Below, one piece after another: positions 29,551-39,934 of a DNA stretch of 64,000 nt. Position numbers and translations under genes: made by a program. Source of the DNA: Candidatus Saccharimonadota bacterium (GTDB lineage Bacteria; Patescibacteriota; Saccharimonadia; Saccharimonadales; Saccharimonadaceae); NCBI GenBank assembly GCA_030529095.1, contig JAUMXN010000001.1, forward strand, positions 5,603-69,602, read 5' to 3'. The notes beneath the pieces were generated by a model. That model did not search any database. It saw only the letters and a program-made list of their open reading frames with translations, and was not told where the DNA came from. How positions within the stretch are numbered: position 1 is the first letter of the stretch; each line of letters begins with the position of its first letter.

Positions 29551-30096
29551 ATGGCAGTAAACCGCTATGACGACACCCGCGCGTGGTACGCAATTTCTAC
29601 CTACAGCGGATACGAAGACAAGGTCGCCGATTCCATCAACCAACGCGTCAACACCGTTGAAATGGCCGACAAAATCTTCGAAGCAATCGTCCCAAAGGAA
29701 AAACAAATCGAAATTAAAAACGGTAAACGCAAAGTCGTAGACCGCAAAATCCTCCAAGGCTACGTCTTGGTCGAAATGAAATTGTCTGATGAGACCTGGT
29801 ACATCATTCGTAACACCCCTGGTGTAACCGGCTTTATCGGCACCGGCACCCAGCCAACCCCAGTTTCCGAGAAGGAAATCACCAAGATCAAGAAACGTAT
29901 GGGCGTAGAAGATCCAAAATTCTCCGTCAAATACGAAATCGGCGAAGTCGTCTCCATCACCGATGGTCCGTTCAAAGGCTTCGACGGTACCGTTTCCGAA
30001 ATCGACGCCGCCAAGGGCAAACTCAAAGTTATGGTTTCGATGTTTGGTCGCGAAACACCAGTCGAGCTCGATGCTTTGCAGGTTAAACAATTGTAA
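29551..30096 (+). CDS. nusG: Transcription factor NusG
   Basis: WYAISTYSGYE, NTPGVTGF, KOW motif DGPFKGFDG, MFGRETPVEL. Confidence 0.98.
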   Translation: MAVNRYDDTRAWYAISTYSGYEDKVADSINQRVNTVEMADKIFEAIVPKEKQIEIKNGKRKVVDRKILQGYVLVEMKLSDETWYIIRNTPGVTGFIGTGTQPTPVSEKEITKIKKRMGVEDPKFSVKYEIGEVVSITDGPFKGFDGTVSEIDAAKGKLKVMVSMFGRETPVELDALQVKQL

Positions 30097-30157
30097 TTTT
30101 ATTAAAAATATAGTATAATGTCTGAGTTACGTACTCGGAAAGAGGAAAAATAATATC

Positions 30158-30586
30158 ATGGCAGAAAAGAAAGTCATCGGCAACTTGAAGTTGCGTATCC
30201 CTGGCGGTAAAGCCACCGCTGGACCTCCGGTTGGTTCAACCCTCGGTCAATGGGGACTTAACATGATGGATTTCATCAATCCATTCAACGAAAAAACCAA
30301 AGATTTCATGGGCAAGAACGTCATCGTTCATATCAAAGTCTACGAAGATCGCACTTTTGATTGGGTTTGTCTCGGACAACCAGTCGACGACCTCATCCGT
30401 GAAGCTATCAAAATCGAGAAAGGTTCTGGTAAGCCAAACGTCGACAAGGTCGGCAAGATCACTCGCGCTCAGCTCGAAGAAATCGCCAATAAAAAGATGG
30501 ACCAACTCAATGCAAACGACATCGAAGGCGCCATCAAAATCGTTGCCGGTACCGCTCGCTCAATGGGCGTAACCGTCGAAGACTAA
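30158..30586 (+). CDS. rplK: 50S ribosomal protein L11
   Basis: GKATAGPPVG, VYEDRTF, GTARSMGV. Confidence 0.97.
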   Translation: MAEKKVIGNLKLRIPGGKATAGPPVGSTLGQWGLNMMDFINPFNEKTKDFMGKNVIVHIKVYEDRTFDWVCLGQPVDDLIREAIKIEKGSGKPNVDKVGKITRAQLEEIANKKMDQLNANDIEGAIKIVAGTARSMGVTVED

Positions 30587-30685
30587 TCGAAAATTCAAGA
30601 GTCAACCTGCCACGCGTAGGTTGACTTTTTTGATGTTTTATGGGAAAATAAAATTCTATTTTGTGTCATAAGGAGGTTAAAGAAA

Positions 30686-31174
30686 ATGGCCAAAATCGCA
30701 CCTAATCAGAAAATACCTAAGAAACAAGAATTGTTTGAGGAAGCCCTATTGCTCCGTAAGCAGTACGGGCACGAATACCGTACTATCAAGACGGAAAATC
30801 TCGAACTACTCGGACAAGCTCGGAAATGCAAGCTCAGGAAACCGCCCACGGTTGAAGAGTGGCTTTTGGACACGTTCCCAGAGGTCCCATTCTTGGCTTT
30901 TGATGACGGCAAAGAAGAATCAATCGCAAAAGCTTATCTACGTAGCAAGAAAAAAGAAGAGCTCGCCGGAATAGTTTTCGCAATTAAGGAATACGCCGGT
31001 AGTCGAGTTAGAGAAAGCTTACTAGATCATAATCGCGCCCTCAAATACCTCATCAAACAAGCCCAGAGGCCCGCAGCAGAAAGGATGTCTGGTAGAAATA
31101 GCGGCGTCGATCCCAGATCGTGCGGCAGATACGCTGCCAGAAAAAGCCATTCTTATCATTACAACGATTCTTAG
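30686..31174 (+). CDS. Hypothetical (orphan) basic protein between rplK and rplA
   Basis: SD AAGGAGGT, flanked by terminators at 30598-30631 and 31182-31210. Confidence 0.75.
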   Translation: MAKIAPNQKIPKKQELFEEALLLRKQYGHEYRTIKTENLELLGQARKCKLRKPPTVEEWLLDTFPEVPFLAFDDGKEESIAKAYLRSKKKEELAGIVFAIKEYAGSRVRESLLDHNRALKYLIKQAQRPAAERMSGRNSGVDPRSCGRYAARKSHSYHYNDS

Positions 31175-31258
31175 TATTTTTCGGGGAGCCACATTTTGGG
31201 CTCCCCTTTTCTTGCTTTTTTCATAAAACTCGTGTATAATATATTGCATTATTAATCA

Positions 31259-31289
31259 TGTTGGGAGGCCAAAGGCCGCTATTACCACA
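31259..31289 (+). promoter_or_regulatory. L1-binding autoregulatory RNA leader
   Basis: TGTTGGGAG-GCC-aaa-GGC-CGCTATTACCACA matches the GGGAG-hairpin-GYTA..ACC L1 target. Confidence 0.7.
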
Positions 31290-31302
31290 GAAAGGATTCA
31301 AA

Positions 31303-32244
31303 ATGACCAAAGAAGAGGTCAAATCTACTGAAGCTGCTGACGAAGCAGTCAAAGCTACCGAAGAAGCTACTGAAGCTGTCGAAGAAGTAGTTGATACTGA
31401 GGGAAAATTTGCCAAAGCTGGCAAACGCTCCAAAAAACACGTCGAAGAAGTTAAGGCCGAGGAAGAACGTCAAGCCAAAAAAGCTGAGCGTGCTGCCGAA
31501 GAAAAAGCTGCCGCCGAGAAACCAAAAGGCGCCAAACCAGTCACTCGTCCAAAAATCGAACGCCGTGGCAAAAAATATCAAGAAGCCGCTAAATTAGTTG
31601 AAAAGGGCAAAGAATACACCCTTAAAGACGCTCTTGAGCTCGCCGTCAAAACCAATACTGCTAAGTTTGACGCCAGCGTTGAAGCCCACGTCCGCCTCGG
31701 TGTAGACCCACGCCAAGCCGATCAAAACATCCGCACTACCATCGTGCTTCCAAACAGCAACGGTAAGACCGTTCGTGTCGCCGTCTTTGCTCCACTCGAT
31801 GTAGCAAAAGCTGCCAAAGCCGCCGGTGCTGATATCGCCGAAGACGAAGAGTTCTTGAAACAGCTCGAAAAAGGTACTATTGATTTTGATATTCTTATTT
31901 CTACTCCAGCCTACATGCCAAAACTTGGTAAATTTGCACGTCTCCTTGGCCCAAAAGGTCTCATGCCAAATCCAAAAGCTGGCACCGTCACTATGGATGT
32001 CGAGAAAGCTGTTAAGGAAGCCAAAGCCGGTAAGGTTGAATACCGCGTCGATAAACAAGCTATCGTCCACATCGGTCTTGGCAAAGTTTCCTTTGGCGCC
32101 GACAAACTTCTCGAGAATGCCAACGTTTTCTTCGAAAGCTTGAAAGCTCAAAAACCAGCCAGCCTCAAAGGTACCTATGTTAAATCAGTCTTTATCACGA
32201 CCACCATGGGTCCTTCGATTGCTGTCGAAAATCTCTACAAATAA
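31303..32244 (+). CDS. rplA: 50S ribosomal protein L1 with long E/K/A-rich N-terminal extension
   Basis: [36 protein letters not shown]. Confidence 0.97.
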   Translation: MTKEEVKSTEAADEAVKATEEATEAVEEVVDTEGKFAKAGKRSKKHVEEVKAEEERQAKKAERAAEEKAAAEKPKGAKPVTRPKIERRGKKYQEAAKLVEKGKEYTLKDALELAVKTNTAKFDASVEAHVRLGVDPRQADQNIRTTIVLPNSNGKTVRVAVFAPLDVAKAAKAAGADIAEDEEFLKQLEKGTIDFDILISTPAYMPKLGKFARLLGPKGLMPNPKAGTVTMDVEKAVKEAKAGKVEYRVDKQAIVHIGLGKVSFGADKLLENANVFFESLKAQKPASLKGTYVKSVFITTTMGPSIAVENLYK

Positions 32245-32299
32245 GAGTTTTTTAAAAGAGCCTCCGCGCGAGGCTCTTTTTTTGTGCTACAATATGCTT

Positions 32300-32842
32300 A
32301 TGGAAAGTTACGAAGTAATTTTAGCCTTACTTTTAGGCGCCTTTGTTTGTTTATTCGGTTACAAACTCAAAAAAATCGTCTTTTTTGTCGCCTGGTTCTT
32401 AATTGGTTACACTCTAACCAAATATGCCATGCCATATATCAACAATAGTGCGCCGTTCATCGCCGAAAGCACCCTCTGGCAAATCATTTTGCCACTCGCT
32501 GGCGGTCTTTTGATGTCTCTACTTGGCTTTTCGATCGAAAAACTCTGCGTCGGTCTGCTCTGCTTCTTCGCTACGGTCGCCGTCGCAATTTCGCAATTCG
32601 GCATCAGCGGCGAAGTCATCGGCATCGCCTGTATTCTTGGCGTCATCCTAGGCGCAGTTGCCGTCAACATGATGAAGCCAGCCACCATCGTAGTTACCGC
32701 CGTCGCTGGTGCGCTTGTAGTGACTAGGGCAATCTATACTCTTTCCGCCGGTATCCCAATGGAATACCATACTTTTATCGTCATTGGAATCGCCGCCATC
32801 GGTGCACTATTCCAATTTAATAACGCAAAACATAGTAATTAA
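32300..32842 (+). CDS. DUF4203-like multi-TM membrane protein
   Basis: LLGAFVCLFGYKLKK N-terminus, about six TM segments, C-terminal GALFQ. Confidence 0.65.
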   Translation: MESYEVILALLLGAFVCLFGYKLKKIVFFVAWFLIGYTLTKYAMPYINNSAPFIAESTLWQIILPLAGGLLMSLLGFSIEKLCVGLLCFFATVAVAISQFGISGEVIGIACILGVILGAVAVNMMKPATIVVTAVAGALVVTRAIYTLSAGIPMEYHTFIVIGIAAIGALFQFNNAKHSN

Positions 32843-32858
32843 CAATTAAGGAGGCTAA

Positions 32859-33992
32859 ATGCCAGAAGAACCAATCAATAACAACCCAACGCCAACACCG
32901 GAACCAGTTCCAGAACCAGCTCCGGCTTCAGAGCCAGAGCCAGTCCCAGAACCAACTCCAGCTCCAGAACCAGCACCAACGCCAATCGAGCAACCAACTC
33001 CAGCTGCTGCTCCAATTACGACCGCTCCAGCTGTCGCTGCTGCACCAACCACAAAAAGCAATAAAGGCAAAATTATCGCCATCATCTGCGCATGCGTTGG
33101 CTTAGCAGTCATTGCTGCTGTAGGCATCATTATCTTTATAATGAACAGCTCAGACAAGCTTTATTGTGAAAAAGACGGTCAAAACTTTACCATTGCCTTT
33201 AATGACAAAGACATTGTCGGTGTGACATATGTCGGCGTAGGCATCCTCACTGAATCGCTCGATGATCTCAAGAAAGACCAGAAAGAAAGTGGCCTCTCTG
33301 CAAGCAAGTACGTTGAACAGCTCGGCAACTTCGCCGTCAGAAGTGGCGCCAAGTGTACCTTCAAGGGCCAAGAGCTTAAGGCCGAAGATAGTGACTGGTC
33401 AAAATACTACGATTATGACTACGATGACGACGATGACGATTACGACTACGATGACGACGATGATTACGACTGGAAAAAATACTACGACGATGAAGACGAT
33501 GACGATGATGTCCACTACAACCCAGCATCTCTTTCTAGCTGTAGCTCAGCCGAAGAATGTATCGAGAAACTCGCCATCAAAAATGTTACAGTAGAGCAAT
33601 ATAATAAAGCCATTGGCTTTGAGGGTACCTACAACGCCGCAAGATCCAAATCTGGCGAGTGGGAAAATTACGCCTGGGAATTTAGTAACGGAGACACACT
33701 TAAAGCCTTATTCTACATTTCGAGCAAAACTGCAGAGATTGAAGTAGATTACGATTATTCTGCCCACGCCGGCAACGGCAATATCGATGGATACGACACC
33801 GTCAAGGACAGAATCGAAAGCGGCATCTCCTACAATGAGCTCAAAAAAGCCCTCGGCGGCAAAGATGGTCTCTTGTCTGAAAAAGACACCTATAGCACAA
33901 AGCGTCTCTGGATCGACTCAGATTCTAGAAAATACATCGAAGCTAGAATCGACGAGGATGGCCAAGTCACCTCAGTGTTCGGGGCAAAATAA
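32859..33992 (+). CDS. Membrane-anchored surface protein with Pro-rich N-terminus, Asp/Tyr tract and BLIP/DUF3862-like C-terminal repeats
   Basis: (PEP/PAP)n, TM helix, DYDYDDDDDD repeats, TVEQYNKAIG and GISYNELKKALGG modules. Confidence 0.7.
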   Translation: MPEEPINNNPTPTPEPVPEPAPASEPEPVPEPTPAPEPAPTPIEQPTPAAAPITTAPAVAAAPTTKSNKGKIIAIICACVGLAVIAAVGIIIFIMNSSDKLYCEKDGQNFTIAFNDKDIVGVTYVGVGILTESLDDLKKDQKESGLSASKYVEQLGNFAVRSGAKCTFKGQELKAEDSDWSKYYDYDYDDDDDDYDYDDDDDYDWKKYYDDEDDDDDVHYNPASLSSCSSAEECIEKLAIKNVTVEQYNKAIGFEGTYNAARSKSGEWENYAWEFSNGDTLKALFYISSKTAEIEVDYDYSAHAGNGNIDGYDTVKDRIESGISYNELKKALGGKDGLLSEKDTYSTKRLWIDSDSRKYIEARIDEDGQVTSVFGAK

Positions 33993-34032
33993 ACTAGATT
34001 AAAAATATCACCCTAGCCAGGGTGATATTTTT

Positions 34033-34464
34033 TTATTCGTGATGATATTTACCGCCACTTAAAATTTCTTGTGCGCGATAAATCTGTTCCGTCACCATTA
34101 CACGGAATAACATATGGGGGAAAACTAGTTTTGAAAAAGACCAAACTAAATCTGCTTTGGCACGAATTTCATCATCAAACCCATAGGCTCCGCCAATGAT
34201 GATTACAATATTTTTACTGTAATTAAAATTATTCTCGAGCACCTGCGCAAATTCTGGCGAACCAAGCATCTTGCCGCGCTCATCGCACAAGATCACAAAA
34301 TCCCGCCCCGAAAACGGCCAATCCTTTAGTTCGGCTGTCAATTTATCTTCTTCAACAAACTTCCATTCAAGATCAAATGGTTTTTTCAACCTCTTCTCAT
34401 ACTCAGAAATTAGCTCCAGATAGGTGCCACCCGCCTTCTTGCCGCCAGCCAAAATTTTAATCAT
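34033..34464 (-). CDS. rlmH: 23S rRNA m3Psi1915 methyltransferase
   Basis: DERGK..GS.EFA, IGGAYG, FPHMLFRV..EQIYRA, KYH. Confidence 0.95.
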   Translation of the reverse strand: MIKILAGGKKAGGTYLELISEYEKRLKKPFDLEWKFVEEDKLTAELKDWPFSGRDFVILCDERGKMLGSPEFAQVLENNFNYSKNIVIIIGGAYGFDDEIRAKADLVWSFSKLVFPHMLFRVMVTEQIYRAQEILSGGKYHHE

Positions 34465-34502
34465 TGCATTTTCTCCTAATATTTGCTATAATTATACCAG
34501 TT

Positions 34503-34548
34503 ACCAAAGACAGTGGCGAGGGTTCACCCTTTAATCATGCCACCGAGG
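34503..34548 (+). promoter_or_regulatory. L10 leader (L10/L12 autoregulatory RNA)
   Basis: ACCAAAGACAGTGGC...TTAA...GCCACCGAGG directly upstream of rplJ. Confidence 0.85.
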
Positions 34549-34625
34549 CAAATTCTTGTTTTTATTTGGTGACGCTGTTTAACAGTTTAGCTAACTATGT
34601 CAAAATTTAACCAAAGGAACTTTTT

Positions 34626-35117
34626 ATGGCAATTTCAAAAGATAAAAAGACTACATTGGTTGCTGATTTGACCGAACTCTTGAACAACTCAAAAATGGTT
34701 ACCTACGCCAAATACGAAGGTCTCACCGTCGCTGAGCTCCAAGAGCTTCGCAAACTCGCTCGCGAATCCGACGTCAAAATCAAAGTCGTCAAGAACCGTC
34801 TCTTGAAAGTTGCGATGAAAGAAATCGCCGCTTACAAAGACACCGAAACGACTGGTCTCACTGGCCAATTGCTTTACGCAATCGGTTCAGACGAAGATTT
34901 TAGCGCTGCTAAAGTTCTTGCTAAATTCGCCAAAACCCACAACAAAATGGAACTTATTGGTGGCTTTAACAACGAAGGCGCAAATCTTTCCAAAGAAGAA
35001 GTCGTCGCGCTCGGCTCTTTGCCAACCAAGAACGAACTTATCGCCCAGGTGGTCGATACGCTTCTTTCTGGCATCAATGGCATCGTTTCCGGACTCGAAA
35101 ACCGCGAAGCAAAATAA
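34626..35117 (+). CDS. rplJ: 50S ribosomal protein L10
   Basis: YEGLTVAELQELR, KVVKNRL, LPTKNELIA. Confidence 0.96.
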   Translation: MAISKDKKTTLVADLTELLNNSKMVTYAKYEGLTVAELQELRKLARESDVKIKVVKNRLLKVAMKEIAAYKDTETTGLTGQLLYAIGSDEDFSAAKVLAKFAKTHNKMELIGGFNNEGANLSKEEVVALGSLPTKNELIAQVVDTLLSGINGIVSGLENREAK

Positions 35118-35153
35118 GCAATCAATTTTATATATTATTAATAAGGAGATACT

Positions 35154-35525
35154 ATGGCTACCGATATTAAAAAATTGGCCGAAGAGCTCGTCAATATGAC
35201 CGTTCTCGAAGTCAATGAACTCAAAACCGTCCTTAAGGACGAATATGGCATCGAGCCAGCTGCAGCTGTTGCTGTTGTTGCTGATGGTGGTGCCGCTGCT
35301 GCCGATGAAGGCAAATCTGAATTTGATGTCGTCCTCAAGGACGCTGGCGCTCAAAAGATCGCCGTTATTAAGGCTGTTAAGGAAGCTACTGGACTTGGTC
35401 TTGGCGAAGCTAAGGCTATTGTCGATGGCGCTCCTGCAACCGTCAAAGAGAAAGTCGCTAAAGCTGATGCTGAGGCTATGAAGAAAGCTCTCGAAGAAGC
35501 TGGCGCAACCGTCGAACTCGCTTAA
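35154..35525 (+). CDS. rplL: 50S ribosomal protein L7/L12
   Basis: [30 protein letters not shown]. Confidence 0.98.
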   Translation: MATDIKKLAEELVNMTVLEVNELKTVLKDEYGIEPAAAVAVVADGGAAAADEGKSEFDVVLKDAGAQKIAVIKAVKEATGLGLGEAKAIVDGAPATVKEKVAKADAEAMKKALEEAGATVELA

Positions 35526-35592
35526 TCGATACTTAAAGTTAGCTAACTGGCAAAGAATCCCCTCCGGGGGATTTTTTGTTATAATAAATCTT

Positions 35593-36756
35593 ATGAATGA
35601 TTTTGATTATTTAGGTGAAAAAAATATCTATCTCGATGCCGCCTGCCAGTCGCTCCGTCCCCGCCCAGTTATTGATGCTATTAACGATTACTATCTCCAT
35701 TTCAACGCTTGCGGCGAACGCGCCAAATATAAGTGGGGGCGCATCACCGACGAAAAAGTCGACGCCGTACGCGAAAAAGTCCTGAAGTTTTTGAAACTAA
35801 AATCAAAAGAATATACTGTATCATTTACCCTCAACACTACCTATGGCATCAACTTGTTATTGAACCAACTCGACCCTTCAATTTTTGACAAAGTCATGAC
35901 ATCAGAAATCGAGCACAACTCACCATTCCTCTCAACCATGGCTTTCGCCGAACGCACCGGCGTGCCTCGCATCGTCATGAAGAGAAACGATGACGGCTCA
36001 ATTTTAATCGATGATTACGATTTCAAAAACGCTCTCGTCGTTGTAAACTGCGCTAGCAACTTCGATGGCCGCAAACTCAGCAATATCAACGAGCTCATTA
36101 AGAAAGTCCACAAAGCCGGTGGCATTATCATTATCGATGCAGCCCAAGCCATGGCTCACAGTCACGATATTCTCGAAAAGACCGATGCTGACGCTATTTG
36201 TTTTTCTGCCCACAAGCTCTACGCCCCATCGCTCGGCGTAATCGTTTGGAAAAAAACTTTATTGAAGAGTCTCAAGACCTATTTCATTGGTGGCGGTATG
36301 GTTGATGACGTTGACGAAGAATCTTATAAGCTTTCTGCCGACTCGCCAAATCATATTTATACCAAATTTGAATCCGGCCTCCAGGCTTGGGGCGAAATCA
36401 TTGGCCTTGGCGCCGCGCTTGATTGGTTAAACAATCTTAAAAAATCTGACCACAAACGCCTCGCAGAAAATTACAACGAATTATATAACTTCCTTAAATC
36501 ATCGAACAAAGTCCATCTCGTCAACAACGAGGCCAATCCAACCATCAGTTTCTATATTGATGGCGTTGATTCGCACCTGCTCGGCGAGGCCCTCTCGCGC
36601 GAGGGAATTATGGCTCGCACCGGCTACTTCTGCGCCCACTACTTCCTAGATCATGTCTGCCACTATCCACCACTCATTCGCTTTTCCATGGGTTACCACA
36701 CAACAAAAACGGACATCGAAAAGGTCAAAACTGCTCTCGCTAAAATCCTTAAATAA
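35593..36756 (+). CDS. Class V PLP enzyme, SufS-like cysteine desulfurase
   Basis: YLDAA, EHNS, IDAAQ, FSAHK, GGGMV, RTGYFCA (variant of the SufS RxGHHCA motif). Confidence 0.85.
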   Translation: MNDFDYLGEKNIYLDAACQSLRPRPVIDAINDYYLHFNACGERAKYKWGRITDEKVDAVREKVLKFLKLKSKEYTVSFTLNTTYGINLLLNQLDPSIFDKVMTSEIEHNSPFLSTMAFAERTGVPRIVMKRNDDGSILIDDYDFKNALVVVNCASNFDGRKLSNINELIKKVHKAGGIIIIDAAQAMAHSHDILEKTDADAICFSAHKLYAPSLGVIVWKKTLLKSLKTYFIGGGMVDDVDEESYKLSADSPNHIYTKFESGLQAWGEIIGLGAALDWLNNLKKSDHKRLAENYNELYNFLKSSNKVHLVNNEANPTISFYIDGVDSHLLGEALSREGIMARTGYFCAHYFLDHVCHYPPLIRFSMGYHTTKTDIEKVKTALAKILK

Positions 36757-36774
36757 TGCTACTATAAATACATT

Positions 36775-37818
36775 ATGGTGTGTATAGCTGCGTTTATTAT
36801 TTTGGCGATCATCGGTGTTTTTGTCGCTTTCATCTCAATCTTCAAACGCGAGATCGGCAAGAAATATCTTCAAATTTTGAAAAAATCTTGGGGCTGCCTA
36901 GGCAAAAAAATCCGCCTCCAAAAGTGCGAAACCGGCTTTAAAGAAGATGTCAAAAACACTTTGCTTAGTCGTATCATCATTAAACATCCAAAGTGGGTCA
37001 AGCCACTTAGCGCCGTCATCGAAGTCGTCGCAGTAATCATTGTTATTGTTGCCGTCTGGGCTTTACTCACAGCTATCAAATCTCTACTCGCACTCTGGAC
37101 GCTTGGCACCTGCAACGTCACCAAGCCGGCCGCCTGCTCACTCGGTGCCGAAGTTTGCAGTATCGACGAGCCAGAACCATCTAATATTTTTGAAGCCACT
37201 GGTCGCTGGTTTGAAGAGTGGGGCGAAATCTTTGCCGCTATCCCAGACAAATTCAGAAGCTACAATGTTGACGATTTCGATTTCTACGTTTTTGAAATCA
37301 GCCAGAACGAACAGCCTAAAGCTGTCGACATTCTCGATCCAGGCTGCTCAGTCTGCATGGAGTCCTATCGCAACCAAAAAGAAAGCGATTTCTTCAATAA
37401 ATATCACACTGGCATCGTATTATTCGCTATCAAAAATCCAGACGGCAGCTTTAAATTTAAAAACTCCGATCTAATTGTTCGCACCACTTACGCGCTAAGC
37501 AAGCTTCAACCACTCTATGCCACCCTGCTAATTGATCGCATTTTGACCACAACCGATGAAAGCGGCGTCAGTTTCCAGTCTCGCTTTAATAATTACGATC
37601 GCGACGATGCCGTATCCAGACTCAGTCAATTTATGAAAGAGTTCGGCTTGAACGAAAGCGAGATTAATAAGGTTTACGAGTTGTCCGCATCCGATGAGGT
37701 CAACGAGCTAATCGAGAAAAATCGCAATATTGTCGAAAACGAAATCCATGTTAAGGGTATTCCGACTCTGCTTTATGATGGCGGCAAGCACACCGGCCTT
37801 TACAAAATTCCAGAATAA
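36775..37818 (+). CDS. Membrane-anchored thioredoxin-fold (DsbA-like) protein with Cys-containing N-terminal region
   Basis: Two TM segments, DPGCSVC, C-terminal VKGIPT. Confidence 0.7.
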   Translation: MVCIAAFIILAIIGVFVAFISIFKREIGKKYLQILKKSWGCLGKKIRLQKCETGFKEDVKNTLLSRIIIKHPKWVKPLSAVIEVVAVIIVIVAVWALLTAIKSLLALWTLGTCNVTKPAACSLGAEVCSIDEPEPSNIFEATGRWFEEWGEIFAAIPDKFRSYNVDDFDFYVFEISQNEQPKAVDILDPGCSVCMESYRNQKESDFFNKYHTGIVLFAIKNPDGSFKFKNSDLIVRTTYALSKLQPLYATLLIDRILTTTDESGVSFQSRFNNYDRDDAVSRLSQFMKEFGLNESEINKVYELSASDEVNELIEKNRNIVENEIHVKGIPTLLYDGGKHTGLYKIPE

Positions 37819-37953
37819 TTAATGTATTATTTACAACATTTTTCGCGCGACCGCTGTTTTTTCGGTGGAAAAAATCAAAAGAAAATTCTTGACATGTTTT
37901 TGACCCAGATATAATATAATATTAATACTATATTTTAGACAGGATGCGAGGTG

Positions 37954-38481
37954 ATGTCTGAATTACCAGAAAAACAAATAAAGCGTTTACGCAGCCTCAT
38001 CGGCGAAGCTGAGACTAATTTGGCTGCTGCAAAAGAATTATTAAACTCTGTACTTGGCGATGGTGCCGTGATTTCTGTTCCAAGCGACTCAGTTGTCAGC
38101 ACTCCAGAAGGTAAAATTATCGAAGGTATCTTTGACGGCCAGATCATGATTGGTCCTGACGGCAAGAACTACCCAGTCCCAGCCAACTATGCTTCTAAGT
38201 CCAAACTCGTTGAGGGCGACATCATGAAGCTTACCATCACCGAAGATGGCAAATTCCTCTACAAGCAAATTGGCCCAATCGAACGCAAAACCGTCATTGG
38301 TACTCTCACCCATCACGACGATAAGTACTTTGTGGAAGTCGCTGGCAAAGAATACGAAGTGCTCTACGCTTCCGTTACTTACTTCCACTTGCGCGAAGGT
38401 TCCCAAGTTTCTGTTATTATTCCGGCCGATCCAGAAAAGGCAAAACTCGCCAACTGGGCCGCCGTCGAAGCAGCGCTTTAA
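37954..38481 (+). CDS. Conserved hypothetical protein typical of CPR genomes
   Basis: IIEGIFDGQ.MIGPDGK.YPVPANYASKSKLVEGD, WAAVE. Confidence 0.75.
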   Translation: MSELPEKQIKRLRSLIGEAETNLAAAKELLNSVLGDGAVISVPSDSVVSTPEGKIIEGIFDGQIMIGPDGKNYPVPANYASKSKLVEGDIMKLTITEDGKFLYKQIGPIERKTVIGTLTHHDDKYFVEVAGKEYEVLYASVTYFHLREGSQVSVIIPADPEKAKLANWAAVEAAL

Positions 38482-38527
38482 AACTCGCCCCGAAAGGGGC
38501 AGTTTTTTTATGCTATAATGAATCCAT

Positions 38528-39934
38528 ATGGGAAAGGCGTTATATCGAAAATACCGTCCAAAAACCTTGGCCGAAGTCGTCGGCGAAGACCAAGTTGTTG
38601 ATACCTTAAAGAAGGCTCTTGACGCCAAAAATATTTCCCACGCTTATCTCTTTGTTGGACCACGTGGCTGTGGCAAAACTTCCGTCGCCCGCATCTTCGC
38701 CCACGAAATCAATGGTTTTAAATACGAGCTCGAAGATAGTTACGTTGACATCATCGAAATCGATGGCGCTTCGAACCGCGGCATCGACAACATCAGGGAA
38801 CTACGCGAAAAAGTCGCCATCGCTCCAACCAAAGGCAAATACAAAGTCTATATCATCGACGAAGTGCACATGCTCACCAAAGAAGCGTTCAACGCTTTAC
38901 TTAAGACTCTCGAAGAGCCGCCAAAACACGCCATATTCATTATGGCCACCACCGACGCCTACAAAGTTCCAGTCACGATCACTTCCCGCGCCCAAGTATT
39001 TACTTTTAATCTTGCCGAACCAAAAACCATGGCTGATTTTGTTAAAAAAATTGCCACCAAGGAAAAGATTAAAATCGAAGATGACGCCATCGAGCTTCTC
39101 GTCAAACGCGGCGGCGGTTCTTTCCGCGACACCTTGTCTCTACTTGATCAAATCGCCAATTTTGGTAGCGACACCATTACTAAAGATTTTCTAATCAAAA
39201 CTTTTGGCTTGCCAGAAACTGAGCTGATTGCCGGACTTCTAGAATCTTATGCCGCTGGTAATCTGGGCAATATTTCCGTTACTCTTAAAAACTTACTAAA
39301 CGCCAACGTCAAAGCCGAAACTATTGCCGAAGAATTGATTAACGCAATCTTGTCCGATCCAAAACCAAATTATCTCAAGCTACTCGATAGTCTCACGCTC
39401 GTCAAAAGCCCATTTGCCGAAGCCAAATTGCTCGTAGCACTTACTACGCTCGTCGCTACACCAGCCGTACCAGTGCCAACGCCAACACCAATTCCGGCTG
39501 CGCCAATCCCGCCAGTTAAGCCATCACTCACACCAAAAGTTGTAAAACTCGCCACCGAAGAACCGGTCACGCCAGCCAAAGCCCCAGAACCAGCCGCAGC
39601 CCCAGCGTCCGCCGGCAAAGATTTTAATTGGGATGGTTTTATTGACGCAGTTGAAGCCAAAAATAATGCTATCTCAGCGCAGCTCAAGAAAACCGATTAC
39701 AAATTCGACGGCTCAGTTTTACATATTTATCCGCTCAAACGTATTGTTAAAACTATTATCGAACGGCCAAACAACCGTGCGATCATTGTCGAAGTTTTGA
39801 GTGGTGTTGGGCTCGAAATTCACGATGTCGACGAACAGCCAAAACACGACGAAAATCCGTTAGTTGCCAAAATTTCTGATATAATGGGTGGAGCAGAGGA
39901 GGTCGAAAAAAATGGCGGAAAAATCCCATTCTAA
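38528..39934 (+). CDS. dnaX: DNA polymerase III subunit gamma/tau
   Basis: LYRKYRP, GPRGCGKT, IDEVHML, NALLKTLEEPP, Pro-rich linker. Confidence 0.97.
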   Translation: MGKALYRKYRPKTLAEVVGEDQVVDTLKKALDAKNISHAYLFVGPRGCGKTSVARIFAHEINGFKYELEDSYVDIIEIDGASNRGIDNIRELREKVAIAPTKGKYKVYIIDEVHMLTKEAFNALLKTLEEPPKHAIFIMATTDAYKVPVTITSRAQVFTFNLAEPKTMADFVKKIATKEKIKIEDDAIELLVKRGGGSFRDTLSLLDQIANFGSDTITKDFLIKTFGLPETELIAGLLESYAAGNLGNISVTLKNLLNANVKAETIAEELINAILSDPKPNYLKLLDSLTLVKSPFAEAKLLVALTTLVATPAVPVPTPTPIPAAPIPPVKPSLTPKVVKLATEEPVTPAKAPEPAAAPASAGKDFNWDGFIDAVEAKNNAISAQLKKTDYKFDGSVLHIYPLKRIVKTIIERPNNRAIIVEVLSGVGLEIHDVDEQPKHDENPLVAKISDIMGGAEEVEKNGGKIPF

